A stretch of DNA of 64,000 nucleotides from an uncultured Trueperaceae bacterium (GTDB lineage: Bacteria; Deinococcota; Deinococci; Deinococcales; Trueperaceae). The stretch spans positions 90,493 through 154,492 of the forward strand of contig CAWFFU010000012.1 in NCBI GenBank assembly GCA_963815215.1, given 5' to 3'. Below the pieces are notes generated by a model. It had not been told where the DNA came from. It did no database searches and saw nothing but the letters and a program-made list of their open reading frames with translations. This document shows, piece by piece, positions 40,096 through 50,091 of the stretch. Both the position numbers and the translations under genes were made by a program. Position 1 is the stretch's first letter. Each line of letters begins with the position of its first letter.

Positions 40096-41190
40096 TCAGC
40101 CGCCGTTGCGGCTGCGGGCCTCGTACCCCGCGGCCTCCAGTGCGGCGCGGGCGCGGGCGAGCGCTTCGTCGGACTCCACGGCGATGCGCACCGCGCCGCC
40201 CGTCTCGCGGATGCCCAACACCTCCAGGTCCTTGATGTTCACTTCGGCCTCGCCGAGCGCGCGGGTGATCCTGGCGAACTCGCCGGGCCGGTCGGGCACG
40301 GCGATGACAAGCTCGTGGCGCGCCGGCAGCAGGCTCCGCCGCACGATCGGGATGCCGTCGCGCACCCGCTTGGCGGCCTCGGCCCGGGCCAACAGCGCGT
40401 CGTCGTCGTCCAGCAGCCCGTCGAGATCCTGCAGCTCGGACCGGAACAGGCGCATGGCCGAGCGCACGGCGTCCCGGTTCAGCGCGATCATGTCGCGGCT
40501 CATCCTGGGGCTGCCCGAGGCGACGCGGGTGAGGTCGCGGAAGCCGCCGGCGGCAAGAAGCGTGGTCAGCTCGCGTTCGTCGCCGCTTCCCACCAGGGTG
40601 GTGAGCGCCACCGCCACCAGGTAGGGGACGTGGCTGACGGTGGCGACCAGGCGGTCGTGGCGGTCGGGTCCGACCCGGATGGGCCGCGCCCCCAGCGCCT
40701 CCACGAAGCCTTGCACGCGATCGACGGCGGCCGCGTCGCTGCGCTCGTTGGGCGTGAGCACCCATACCGCGTTCTCCAGTAGCCCGGCGTCGGCGTGCAC
40801 CACGCCGGCGCGATCGCTGCCCGCCATCGGGTGCCCGCCGACGAAGCGGAGCTCGGACAGGGCTGCCACCACCTCCGCCTTGACGCTGCCCACGTCGGTC
40901 ACGACGGCGTCGTCGGCCAGATGGGGGCGCATCGCCAGCGCCAGCGGCACGATCGACTTCGAGGGCGTCGCCAGCACGACCAGGTCGGCCTCCCGCAGCC
41001 ACGGCCCGACCTCGAGGCGGGACTCGTCGATCACGCCCAGGCCGCGGGCCGCGTCGAGCGCGGCCGGGTCCTGGTCCAGACCGATGGTGCGCCGGGCCAG
41101 GAAGCGCTGGCGCACGCCGAGGCCGATCGAGCCTCCGATCAGGCCCACTCCGGCGATGACGATGGTGTCGAACAGCGGCGCCGGCCGCAT
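40096..41190 (-). CDS. tyrA: Prephenate dehydrogenase with C-terminal ACT domain
   Basis: [36 protein letters not shown] and ACT motif VPDRPG. Confidence 0.92.
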   Translation of the reverse strand: MRPAPLFDTIVIAGVGLIGGSIGLGVRQRFLARRTIGLDQDPAALDAARGLGVIDESRLEVGPWLREADLVVLATPSKSIVPLALAMRPHLADDAVVTDVGSVKAEVVAALSELRFVGGHPMAGSDRAGVVHADAGLLENAVWVLTPNERSDAAAVDRVQGFVEALGARPIRVGPDRHDRLVATVSHVPYLVAVALTTLVGSGDERELTTLLAAGGFRDLTRVASGSPRMSRDMIALNRDAVRSAMRLFRSELQDLDGLLDDDDALLARAEAAKRVRDGIPIVRRSLLPARHELVIAVPDRPGEFARITRALGEAEVNIKDLEVLGIRETGGAVRIAVESDEALARARAALEAAGYEARSRNGG

Positions 41191-41191
41191 G

Positions 41192-42208
41192 CTACAGGCT
41201 CTTCCCCAGCGCTCCGACGACGCCGCGAAGGCGCGCCATGAGGGCGCCGAACTCGGCGTCGTCGAGTTGCTGCGCCGCGTCGGACCGCGCCTCCTCGGGC
41301 GTGGGGTGCACCTCGACGATGAGCCCGTCCGCGCCCGCGGCAGCGGCTGCCAGCGCCAGCGACGGCACCAGGCTGCGACGGCCGGCCGCGTGGCTCGGAT
41401 CGACCCAGACCGGCAGGTGACTCAGCTCCTTGAGGACCGGGACGGCGCTCACGTCGAGGGTGAAGCGCGTGGCGACCTCGAAGGTGCGGATGCCCCGTTC
41501 GCATAGCACCACGTTCGGGTTGCCCTGGCTGAGGATGTACTCCGCGGCCTGCAGGTACTCGGCGATGGAGGTGGACATGCCGCGTTTGAACAGCACCGGC
41601 TTGGCGCTGCGCCCGACCTCGGCCAGGAGGGCGAAGTTCTGCGTGTTGCGGGCGCCGATCTGCAGCATGTCCGCGGTGTCGGCGACGACCTCCACCAGGT
41701 CCGGCGAGGTCACCTCGGTGACGATCGGCAGGCCCGTGCGCTCGCGCGTCTCCCGCAGCAGCCGCAGCCCCTCCTCGCCCAGCCCCTGGAAGGCGTAGGG
41801 GCTGGTCCTGGGCTTGAACGCGCCACCTCGCAGGATGCGTGCTCCGTGCCGCTGGCCGATGTCGGCGGCGGCGTCGAGCTGTTCTCGGCTCTCCACGCCG
41901 CACGGTCCGGCGGCGACCACGAAGGCGCCGTCACCGATGGTGACGTCGCCCACCGTCACGGCGGAGTCGTCGTGGCGGAACTCACGGGAGGCCAGCTTGT
42001 AGGGCTTGGTGATCCGCACAACCGTGTCCACGCCGTGCAGGGCGCTCAGGTGCTCGCGCACCTCCTCGGTCGGGGCCGGGCCGATGGCGCCGATGAGCAA
42101 GCGCTCCTCACCCTCGCTGACGTGCGGGCTGAAGCCCAGCGAGCGGATCTCGCCCAGCACGCGGTTCACGGCCTCTTCCGAGGCCCCTTTCTGCATCACG
42201 ACAACCAT
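41192..42208 (-). CDS. aroF: 3-deoxy-7-phosphoheptulonate (DAHP) synthase, type I-beta with N-terminal regulatory domain
   Basis: [34 protein letters not shown] and DPSHA motifs. Confidence 0.94.
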   Translation of the reverse strand: MVVVMQKGASEEAVNRVLGEIRSLGFSPHVSEGEERLLIGAIGPAPTEEVREHLSALHGVDTVVRITKPYKLASREFRHDDSAVTVGDVTIGDGAFVVAAGPCGVESREQLDAAADIGQRHGARILRGGAFKPRTSPYAFQGLGEEGLRLLRETRERTGLPIVTEVTSPDLVEVVADTADMLQIGARNTQNFALLAEVGRSAKPVLFKRGMSTSIAEYLQAAEYILSQGNPNVVLCERGIRTFEVATRFTLDVSAVPVLKELSHLPVWVDPSHAAGRRSLVPSLALAAAAAGADGLIVEVHPTPEEARSDAAQQLDDAEFGALMARLRGVVGALGKSL

Positions 42209-42326
42209 CGGGACTCTCCCAAATCGGGCCGGCCGTCCGGGCCGGCGGGTGCTGCGTCGGTGGGTGGCGGCCGGCGGGCCCCTGGGGCGGCGAGCATCGA
42301 GCTGTCGGTCGCTGGTGGTGCTGGAC

Positions 42327-42428
42327 TCAGCGCGTCGCCGCAGGGGTACCGGTCGCGGTCATGGTGCGATACCAGACGTAGCCATAGCCATCGTCCACGG
42401 CACCACCCCCTCGCAGCGCAAGCGTCAT
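42327..42428 (-). CDS. Putative Tyr/Trp leader peptide of the aroF-tyrA operon (MTLALRGGGAVDDGYGYVWYRTMTATGTPAATR)
   Basis: Manual translation; Y-G-Y-V-W-Y cluster; ATG 7 nt after a -10 box. Confidence 0.65.
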   Translation of the reverse strand: MTLALRGGGAVDDGYGYVWYRTMTATGTPAATR

Positions 42429-42435
42429 GCCAGGG

Positions 42436-42463
42436 AGTCTACCAGAACCGCCGTCCCTGTCAA
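42436..42463 (-). promoter_or_regulatory. Sigma70-type promoter of the aroF operon
   Basis: TTGACA (42463-42458), 16-nt spacer ending TGG, then TAGACT (42441-42436). Confidence 0.75.
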
Positions 42464-42470
42464 GACTGCG

Positions 42471-43271
42471 TCAGCGCGCAGGGGCACCGCTGGTGGCGCG
42501 ATCGTCCGGGGAGGGACGGGGAGCCTCGGCGCCGGCCCGGCACGCCTCGACCAGCAGGCGGAACGGGGTGTGGTGCTCGGGGTGCGTGTCCCAGCACATC
42601 TCGGGGTGCCACTGCACGGCCACCACGAAGGCGTCGGTGCCGTCGTCGACCTCCAGCGCCTCGACCATGCCGTCCTCGCTGCGCGCCGTCACCTGCAGGC
42701 CCTCGCCCACGCGGTCGACCGCCTGGTGATGGAAGCTGTTGACGAACAGGTCGGTGGTGCCGAAGCCGGCGGCCAGGCGCGAGCCCGGCGTGATCGCCAC
42801 GCGTTGGAGCGGCGCTCCGGTGAAGTCCTGCTGGACGTGCTGCAAGGTGTCCGCGACGGCCGGGAGGTGCTGGTGGAGGCTGCCCCCGTGCGCGACGTTG
42901 ACGAGCTGGATCCCTCGGCAGATGCCCAGCACGGGCTTGCCGAGCGCCCGGAAGGCGCGGTAGAGCGTCAGCTCGAAGGCGTCGCGGCGTCGATCCACCG
43001 ATCCCAGGTCGCGTTCCGGCGGCGCGCCGAACAGGTAGGGATCGATGTCGACGCCCCCCGTCAACAGCAGGCCGTCGGCGCGATCGGCGTAGACCTCGGC
43101 CAGCTTGGCGTCGACGTTGGGCGCCAGCATCGGCACGGCCCCCGCTGAGGTCAGCGCCAGGGCGTAGTTGTGCCCCTGGACGGTGTCGTTACGGCGTAGA
43201 CCGCGCTCGCGGGGCACGGTGCCGCTCGTCATCAGGATGACCGGTCGATACTTCTGGGCTGGCGTGGACAC
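42471..43271 (-). CDS. Gamma-glutamyl-gamma-aminobutyrate hydrolase family (peptidase C26, PuuD-like)
   Basis: LLLTGGVDIDP, LGICRGIQ, VNSFHHQ and VQWHPE; GTG start 7 nt after TAAGCT. Confidence 0.88.
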   Translation of the reverse strand: MSTPAQKYRPVILMTSGTVPRERGLRRNDTVQGHNYALALTSAGAVPMLAPNVDAKLAEVYADRADGLLLTGGVDIDPYLFGAPPERDLGSVDRRRDAFELTLYRAFRALGKPVLGICRGIQLVNVAHGGSLHQHLPAVADTLQHVQQDFTGAPLQRVAITPGSRLAAGFGTTDLFVNSFHHQAVDRVGEGLQVTARSEDGMVEALEVDDGTDAFVVAVQWHPEMCWDTHPEHHTPFRLLVEACRAGAEAPRPSPDDRATSGAPAR

Positions 43272-43414
43272 GGGCCGTAGCTTACATCGTGGGCGTCGAG
43301 GCGACCAGCGCTCACGACGCACGTGGCGACGTCGGGCCGGGCGGCGGCCGTGGCTCACCGATCGCCGCCCGGCATGCGTCGCGGTGGCGGCGATCCGTTT
43401 GGGCGGCCCGCCGG

Positions 43415-44194
43415 TCAGTCGGCCCGCGTCAGCCGGCGGAACAGCAGCAACAGTGCGAAGGCGGTCAAGGTGAGGATGGCCCCCATCGCCAGTGCCGCGT
43501 CGAGATTGCGCTCCAGCTCGGCGTAGATCGCCAGCGGCAGGGTCTGGGTCCGACCGGCGAGGCTGCCGGCGACCACGATGGTCGCTCCGAACTCGCCCAG
43601 CGCCCGCGTCCACGCCAGCACGCACCCTTCCACGAAGGCGGGCACGGTGAGGGGCAGGGTCACCCGGCGGAAGGCGCGCCAGCGGGTGGCGTGCAGGGTG
43701 ATGGCCGCGGCCTCGAGGCTCCAGGGGGTCGACAGGAAGGCCGCCTTCATGCTGCGGATGTACAACGGGCTGGCGACGAAGAGCTGAGCCAGCACCACGG
43801 CGGTGCTGGTGAAGGCGACATGCACCCCGATGGCGGCGAGGGGCGCGCCCAGCAGACCGCGGCGCCCCACCAGCAGCAGCAGGGCCAGGCCGGCCACCAC
43901 CGGCGGCAGGACCAGCGGTAGGTCGAGGAGTGCCTCGAGCAGCACCTTCCCGCGGAAGGTGTAGCGGGCCAGCAGGTAGGCCACAGGCGTCCCGAACGCC
44001 ACCGTGGCCAGAAGGCTCACCGCGGTGGTGGTGAGGCTCAGGCGGAGCGCGGCGGTGACGGTCGGATCGAAGAGCGCTGAGCCCAGCGCAGGACGGGCCG
44101 CCCGGGCCAGCAGCGCCAGCGTGGGAAGCACCAGCAACAGCATCAGCACCAGACCGGTGCCCACCAGCAGGCCGGGGGAGAGGCGCGCGCGCAT
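43415..44194 (-). CDS. modB: Molybdate ABC transporter permease
   Basis: DLPLVLPPVVAG, RALGEFGAT and TLPLAIY motifs. Confidence 0.92.
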   Translation of the reverse strand: MRARLSPGLLVGTGLVLMLLLVLPTLALLARAARPALGSALFDPTVTAALRLSLTTTAVSLLATVAFGTPVAYLLARYTFRGKVLLEALLDLPLVLPPVVAGLALLLLVGRRGLLGAPLAAIGVHVAFTSTAVVLAQLFVASPLYIRSMKAAFLSTPWSLEAAAITLHATRWRAFRRVTLPLTVPAFVEGCVLAWTRALGEFGATIVVAGSLAGRTQTLPLAIYAELERNLDAALAMGAILTLTAFALLLLFRRLTRAD

Positions 44195-44204
44195 CGCCGT
44201 CGCG

Positions 44205-44966
44205 CTAGGGCGGGGGCGTGAAGCCGTAGTCGGCCAGCGCCGCCAGGCCCACGGAGGAGAGCACGTACGCGCGGAAGGCGCGCGCCGCGGCGGGATGCGC
44301 CGAGTCCCGCAACGTCACCAGCGGGTAGCGGATGGTGGGCTGCAGCGCGGCGGGGATCGCGATGGTGCGGACCTTCGACAGACCGTGGGCGTCGGTGGCA
44401 TAGACGATGGCCGCGTCGGCCGCGCCGAGCGCGACCTTGGCCGCCGTCTGGCGCACGTTGGGTTCGCGCGAGACCACGTTGCCTCGTACCTTCGCCACGA
44501 ACGCCGCGCCGTACACTCCGGCGGCGGCGCTCAGCATCTCGTCGGCGTAATGGCCGGCCGGAACCTGCGTGGCTGCCAGCACCAGCAGCAGGCCCGGTCG
44601 GGCGAGCTGCTCGAAGGTGCGCAGGTCGGAGCCGGACGGGACCACCACCACCAGCCGGTTGCCCGCGAACGAGGAGGGGGATTCGGCCTCGAGACCGGCC
44701 TCCGTGACGCGTCGCATCTGCAGGAGGTTGGCGCTGGCGAAGACATCGGCGGGAGCGCCCTGGAGGATCTGGGTGGCCAGGGTCGAGGAAGCCGCGAAGT
44801 CGAGAGCCACCCGCATGCCGGGGTTCGCCACCTCGAAGCCGTGCGCGAGGGCCGTGAAGGCGTCGGTGAGGCTCGACGCCGCGAACACCGTGACGGTCTG
44901 AGCGGTGGCGACGGTGAGTGTCGCGGCGAGCAGCGTCGTCTGCGCCCATCGCAGGAAGCGCGTCAT
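44205..44966 (-). CDS. modA: Molybdate-binding periplasmic protein
   Basis: VFAASSL, FAASSTLA, GAPADVFASA, VPAGHYA and DAAIVYATD motifs. Confidence 0.92.
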   Translation of the reverse strand: MTRFLRWAQTTLLAATLTVATAQTVTVFAASSLTDAFTALAHGFEVANPGMRVALDFAASSTLATQILQGAPADVFASANLLQMRRVTEAGLEAESPSSFAGNRLVVVVPSGSDLRTFEQLARPGLLLVLAATQVPAGHYADEMLSAAAGVYGAAFVAKVRGNVVSREPNVRQTAAKVALGAADAAIVYATDAHGLSKVRTIAIPAALQPTIRYPLVTLRDSAHPAAARAFRAYVLSSVGLAALADYGFTPPP

Positions 44967-45084
44967 CGCCACGAATTCTAGCAGTCGCCGCGCGCGGGAG
45001 CGCAGAGCGTGTGTGTCATACTGACGCCTGGCCCGGCCCCCGACGACGGGTTAGGTCCGAGACCGGGTGACGGTAGGAGGCGAG

Positions 45085-46302
45085 ATGCCGGGAGTGGCGA
45101 TCCTTGGCGCCCAATGGGGTGACGAGGGCAAGGGCAAGGTGGTCGATGCGTTGGCGGCCGAGGCGCACTACGTGGTGCGCTACTCCGGCGGGGCCAACGC
45201 CGGTCACACCGTAGTGGTCGGCGGTGAGGTGTTCAAGCTCCATCACTTGCCCTGCGGAACGCTGCACGACGGTCCGGTGTCGGTGCTGGGCGGCGGCATG
45301 GTGATCGACCCCTGGGACTTCATCGCCGAGCTCGACGCCATGCGCCTGCGGCGCGATCCCGGCGAGGTGTGGATCTCGCACGAAGCCCACCTGGTGCTTC
45401 CACACCACCGCAAGAACGACGAGGGCGGCGGCTTCGTGGGGACCACCGGCCGCGGAATCGGGCCCGCCTACAGCGACAAGGCGCGCCGGGTCGGGCTGCG
45501 CGCCGGGGACCTGATCGACGAGGACGTGTTGCGCGAGCGCCTGACGCGGCTGCTGGAGGCCAAGCCCAACTCGACCGGCCGGGTCGGCTGGACGGACGTG
45601 GATACCGCCATGGGCGCCCTCGCCGGGGTCCGCGAGCGACTGCTTCCGCTCGTGCGCGATACCGGCGCGGAGCTGCGGCAGGCGCTCCAGGACGGCCGCC
45701 GGGTGCTGTTCGAGGGCGGCCAGGGCACCATGCTCGACCTCGCCTACGGCACCTACCCGTTCGTCACCAGCAGCCACCCCACCGTGGGGGGCATCCTGGT
45801 CGGCGCCGGGGTCAGCCACAAGGCGTTGGACGCGGTCCACGGCGTGGTCAAGGCGTTCACGACGCGCGTAGGCTACGGCCCCTTCGCGACCGAGATCGAG
45901 GACGAGGCGATGGCGTTGCGCCTGCGAGGCAGCGGCTCGAACCAGTGGGACGAGTACGGCACCACCACCGGCCGACCGCGCCGGGTGGGGTGGCTCGATC
46001 TGGTGCAGGTCAAGTACGCCTGTGCCATCAACGGTCTGGACGGTCTGGTGGTGACCAAGCTGGACGTCCTGTCCGGGCTCGAGCGGGTCAAGGTGTGCGT
46101 GGCCTACGACGACGGCCGTCCGGTCTACCGGGAGGTGGCCGGTTGGGGCCCGCTCGAGGGGTTGGGGCGCCGCGACGCGCTCCCCCGCGAGGTCCTGGAC
46201 TATCTGGAGCTGATCGAGGAGGCGACGGGGACGCCGGTGGCGATGTTCTCCACCAGCCCTCGTCGCGAGGACACCTTCGGAGAGGTCGCGTGGGCTTCCT
46301 GA
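45085..46302 (+). CDS. purA: Adenylosuccinate synthetase
   Basis: GAQWGDEGKGK, GGANAGHT, GTTGRGIGP, YPFVTSS and TTGRPRR; AGGAGG RBS. Confidence 0.97.
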   Translation: MPGVAILGAQWGDEGKGKVVDALAAEAHYVVRYSGGANAGHTVVVGGEVFKLHHLPCGTLHDGPVSVLGGGMVIDPWDFIAELDAMRLRRDPGEVWISHEAHLVLPHHRKNDEGGGFVGTTGRGIGPAYSDKARRVGLRAGDLIDEDVLRERLTRLLEAKPNSTGRVGWTDVDTAMGALAGVRERLLPLVRDTGAELRQALQDGRRVLFEGGQGTMLDLAYGTYPFVTSSHPTVGGILVGAGVSHKALDAVHGVVKAFTTRVGYGPFATEIEDEAMALRLRGSGSNQWDEYGTTTGRPRRVGWLDLVQVKYACAINGLDGLVVTKLDVLSGLERVKVCVAYDDGRPVYREVAGWGPLEGLGRRDALPREVLDYLELIEEATGTPVAMFSTSPRREDTFGEVAWAS

Positions 46303-46338
46303 GCCCGACGCGGCGCTGAGCGCGGCAGGGGCGGCGTC

Positions 46339-47493
46339 GTGAGCCCGCTGGCGGTCGGCCTGGTGGTGACCGCGTGCGCGTTGTTGGCGGGGCTGGCGGT
46401 CGCGCTGTGGACGGGCTCGAGCCTGCTCCTCGTCCCCCGCGATTACGGGCTGATGCCGGAGTTCACGGTGCTGGACTACCGGGACGGGGAGGTGACGTTG
46501 CCGGCGCCGACCTCCCGGGCGCAGTTCGCCGACACCCGCAAGCAGGGCTCCTTCGGGCTCCTGTGGGGCACCGGCTACGGCCACCTCGGGCCCGTCCTGA
46601 GCGACGACGCACGGCGCGTGGTGAGGCCCCTCCGGGTCGTCGCCGGGGTGCCCCCGGTCGCGGGCGATCCCGCCCGCATCGACACCTTCTTCCACCGCCG
46701 CGATCCCGCCCGCGACCTGGGCATGGCCTTCGAGGAAGTGCGGGTTCCGAGCGAGGTGGGTCCGTTGGCGGCCTGGTGGCTGCCGGGCGACCCCGGCGCG
46801 ACCGCGGTGCTGGCACTGCACGGAAGGCGCCGTGGCGAGCGGGCGGAGACGCTGCGCGTGCTGCCGGTCCTAGGCGACGGTGGGCGCAGCGTGCTGGTAC
46901 TCGCCTACCGCAACCACCGCGACAGCCCGCCGAGCCCCGACGGTTTCTACCACTACGGTGCGAGCGAGGCCGACGACGCCCTGGCGGGAGCGCGCTACCT
47001 CGCCGCGCGCGGCGTCGCCCGCGTGGTGCTCTACGGCTTCTCCATGGGGGGCGCCGCGGCGCTCGAAGCGGTCAAGCGCTGGCCGCCGGCAGGCGTGCCG
47101 ACGGTGGCCGGGGTGATCCTCGACTCGCCGCTCATCGATCCCACGCCGGTGGCCGAGGAGCGCGTGCGACTCGCCGGCATCCCGTTCCCGCGCGCCTGGG
47201 CTCGCGCCACGCTGGCCGTGGCAGCGTGGCGCAGCGGCCTACGCTGGCGGGAACTCGATCAGCGCCGGCACGCCGAGAGCATCGACGTGCCGGCGCTGAT
47301 CGTGGCGGGGATCGACGACCACACCGTTCCGGTCGCGGTGGTGGACGCCTTCGCCGAGCGGCTCCGCGCTCCCGTGCGTTACCATCGCGTGGCCGGAGCC
47401 GACCATATCGAGGCCTGGAACCTCGACCCGGCCGCCTACGAGCGCTGGGTGCGTGACTTCCTCGACGCGGTCAGCGCTTCTCGATCGGCGTGA
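46339..47493 (+). CDS. Membrane-anchored alpha/beta hydrolase
   Basis: N-terminal TM; LHG, GFSMGG nucleophile elbow, DDHTVP and ADHIEAWN. Confidence 0.85.
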   Translation: MSPLAVGLVVTACALLAGLAVALWTGSSLLLVPRDYGLMPEFTVLDYRDGEVTLPAPTSRAQFADTRKQGSFGLLWGTGYGHLGPVLSDDARRVVRPLRVVAGVPPVAGDPARIDTFFHRRDPARDLGMAFEEVRVPSEVGPLAAWWLPGDPGATAVLALHGRRRGERAETLRVLPVLGDGGRSVLVLAYRNHRDSPPSPDGFYHYGASEADDALAGARYLAARGVARVVLYGFSMGGAAALEAVKRWPPAGVPTVAGVILDSPLIDPTPVAEERVRLAGIPFPRAWARATLAVAAWRSGLRWRELDQRRHAESIDVPALIVAGIDDHTVPVAVVDAFAERLRAPVRYHRVAGADHIEAWNLDPAAYERWVRDFLDAVSASRSA

Positions 47494-48613
47494 ACGTGCG
47501 CCCCATGGGACCGTCGTAGGTGAGTCGCGGGCGCATGATCCGATTGTTGGCGTACTGCTCGTAGAGGTGCGCCATCCAGCCGCTGATGCGGGACACGGCG
47601 AAGATCGGCGTGTACATGTCGCGCGACAGGCCCAGCATGCGGTACACCGAGGCCGAGAAGAAGTCGACGTTGGGCTTGACCTGCTTGCCCGTCTTCGCCA
47701 TCTCGCGGTCCATCACGCGTTCCATCTCGAGGCTCATCTCGAACCACTTGCTGTCGCCCGATTCCTCGGCGAGGTGCTGGGCGACGTCCTTGAGGATCAG
47801 CGCGCGCGGGTCCATCACCTTGTAGACGCGATGCCCGAAGCCCATGACGCGGCCGTTGGGCTTCCGCAACGTCTCGATCACGTAGGGCTCGATCTCGTCC
47901 ACGCTGCCGATCGACTCGAGCGCCTGCATCACGCCAACGTTGGCGCCGCCGTGCAGCGGCCCCTTGAGCGCGCCGACCGCCGCCGTGATGGCGGAATAGA
48001 CGTCGGTGAGGGTCGACGCGGTGGCGCGGCTCACGAAGGCGCTGGCGTTCGAGCCGTGCTCGGCGTGGAGCACCAGGGCGACATCCATCACGCGGGTGGC
48101 TGCCGGCGTCGGGCGCTCGCCATTGAGCATGTACAGGAAGTTCGCGGCGATCGAGAGCTCGGGGTCGGGCGCCACCGGCTCCCTGCCGCTGCGGATGCGC
48201 TCGTACGCGGCGGTGAAGGTCGCGAACTGCGCCAGCAGCTTCAGCCCGATGCGCCGCACGTTGGCGTCGTCCACGCCCTCGGCGTCGGGATCCAGGGCGC
48301 CCAGCAGCGACGCCGCGGTACGGATGGCGTGCATCGGGTGCACGGTCCCCGGCATGCTCCGGAAGGCGTCGAAGACCGGCTCCGGCACAGGGAAGTTGGG
48401 TGCGAGCTCGGCGTGGAAGGCGTCGAGCTGCGACCGGTTGGGCAGGTCGTCGTGCCACAGCAGGTAGGCGACCTCTTCGAAGCTCGCCTTGTCGGCCAGC
48501 TCGCGGATGTCGTAGCCGCGGTAGATGAGCTCACCATGCTGGCCGTCGATGCGGCTGATCGTGGTGGTATCGATGTGGACGCCTTCGAGGCCGCGGTAGA
48601 TCGTCTGTTCCAT
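47471..48613 (-). CDS. Citrate synthase / 2-methylcitrate synthase family
   Basis: HAEHGSNAS, GPLHGGAN, GFGHRVYK and PNVDF; GGAGG RBS. Confidence 0.92.
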   Translation of the reverse strand: MEQTIYRGLEGVHIDTTTISRIDGQHGELIYRGYDIRELADKASFEEVAYLLWHDDLPNRSQLDAFHAELAPNFPVPEPVFDAFRSMPGTVHPMHAIRTAASLLGALDPDAEGVDDANVRRIGLKLLAQFATFTAAYERIRSGREPVAPDPELSIAANFLYMLNGERPTPAATRVMDVALVLHAEHGSNASAFVSRATASTLTDVYSAITAAVGALKGPLHGGANVGVMQALESIGSVDEIEPYVIETLRKPNGRVMGFGHRVYKVMDPRALILKDVAQHLAEESGDSKWFEMSLEMERVMDREMAKTGKQVKPNVDFFSASVYRMLGLSRDMYTPIFAVSRISGWMAHLYEQYANNRIMRPRLTYDGPMGRTFTPIEKR

Positions 48614-48797
48614 CAGTCCTCCGTGGTTTCGCCCGATGAGCGCTGGCTCAGACTTCGGCACGCTCGGCGCGGCGCACGCAGCGGGACTCGAGGGAGGACC
48701 CCGGGAGCGGTGGCGTTGCGTCGTGCGTTCAGTCTACCCAATGACTGCACCCCTTCCCGGTCGCGCCGGGTTCGAACGGTCTCGCCGACGACGGGGG

Positions 48798-50048
48798 TCA
48801 GGCCATGGGGATGAGCCACGCCGCCGCGATGCAGCCCACCGCCGCCAGCAGCAGCGTGACGAGCACCGAGCGGCCGAACGGCCGGGACCCGATGGTCAGC
48901 GCGATCCCCGCCTTGAACAGGCTGTTGGTGGCCGCCGCGATGGCCAGGCCGCGCGCGGCGACGTGCACGTCGAGGCCGGTTCCTACCTGGTGGGCGAGCG
49001 TGAGCGTGATGGCGTCGAGCTGCGTGACGCCGGCCAGCGCGCTCGCCAGGTACAGGCCCTGTTCCCCGAGGTAGACCTGGGCGGCTTTGGCGGCCAGCAG
49101 GATGATGCTGAACAGGACCGCGAACTGCAACGCCGTTCGCAGCTCGAACGGGTTGGTGACCTTGACGCCCTCGAGGCGGTCGCGATTGCGCTTGCGCAGC
49201 GCCGTCAGCCCGCCCACGGTGGTGATCACGAAGAGCACGCCCAGCGGGATCAGCGTGGGCACGATGAGCCTGGGCTGCAACACGCCCAGCAGCACCCACA
49301 AGCGGGGCACCATCACGGCGGAGGCCGCCAGCACCCCGATGGCGTAGACGATGGCGAGCGTTGGCTGTTTCTTGCTGCGCTCGCTGAAGCTCATCGTCAC
49401 CGCCGTGCTCGAGGCCAGGCCGCCGAGCAGTCCGCTCCAACCGATGCCGCGGGTAGCGCCGATGAGCTTGGAGGCCACGTAGCCCACGAACGAGAGCCCG
49501 GAGATCAGCACCACCAAGAGCCAGATAGTGCGGGGATTCCAGACGCCCCAGGGGCCGAACGTCTCGTTCGGTACCAGCGGCAGGACGACCAGCGACACCA
49601 CCGCGAACTGCACCACGGCGTAGAGATCTTCCCGCGAAACGGCGCCGGCGAGGCGCCTGAGCTCGGTCCGCATCGACAGCATGCCGGTCGTGATCACCGC
49701 GCCGGCCAGGGCGGGGATGAACTGGCCGTAGCCCGCCAGCACCCCCAGGCCGTAGGCGACCAGCACGGCGACCTGGGTGGTGCCGCCGATCTTCTCGCCG
49801 ACGGTCTCCCGCCAGTACGCCATGGCGATGAGCACCGCCAGGGGCAGGAAGCTTGCTACCAGCACCCACGGCGAGACCACTTGCGTGAGCGTGCCCACGA
49901 CGGCGCCGAACAGCGCGATCAAGGGGAAGGTACGGATGCCGGCGAAGATCGAGCCCTGCGTCTCGCGCTTGCGCTCGCGTTCCAGCCCGATGAGGAAGCC
50001 GAGCAGGACGGCGACGAGAAAGGAGAGGATGACCTGCTTCGAGTCCAC
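48798..50048 (-). CDS. MgtC/SapB family membrane protein (DUF4010 type)
   Basis: GFLIGLERE, AGIRTF, GGLASSTA and NPFEL..AL.F motifs. Confidence 0.88.
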   Translation of the reverse strand: MDSKQVILSFLVAVLLGFLIGLERERKRETQGSIFAGIRTFPLIALFGAVVGTLTQVVSPWVLVASFLPLAVLIAMAYWRETVGEKIGGTTQVAVLVAYGLGVLAGYGQFIPALAGAVITTGMLSMRTELRRLAGAVSREDLYAVVQFAVVSLVVLPLVPNETFGPWGVWNPRTIWLLVVLISGLSFVGYVASKLIGATRGIGWSGLLGGLASSTAVTMSFSERSKKQPTLAIVYAIGVLAASAVMVPRLWVLLGVLQPRLIVPTLIPLGVLFVITTVGGLTALRKRNRDRLEGVKVTNPFELRTALQFAVLFSIILLAAKAAQVYLGEQGLYLASALAGVTQLDAITLTLAHQVGTGLDVHVAARGLAIAAATNSLFKAGIALTIGSRPFGRSVLVTLLLAAVGCIAAAWLIPMA

Positions 50049-50091
50049 GATCCGTCATTGTAAGCCGCGGGGGCGGCGTTCGCAGGCGGGT

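Noticed and set aside
45000..45084. Purine or ZTP riboswitch upstream of purA
   Set aside because: Short GC-rich leader without recognisable aptamer consensus elements.
47471..48613. Specific call as 2-methylcitrate synthase because it lies near the bkd operon
   Set aside because: No prpB or prpD nearby, and substrate specificity cannot be read by eye.
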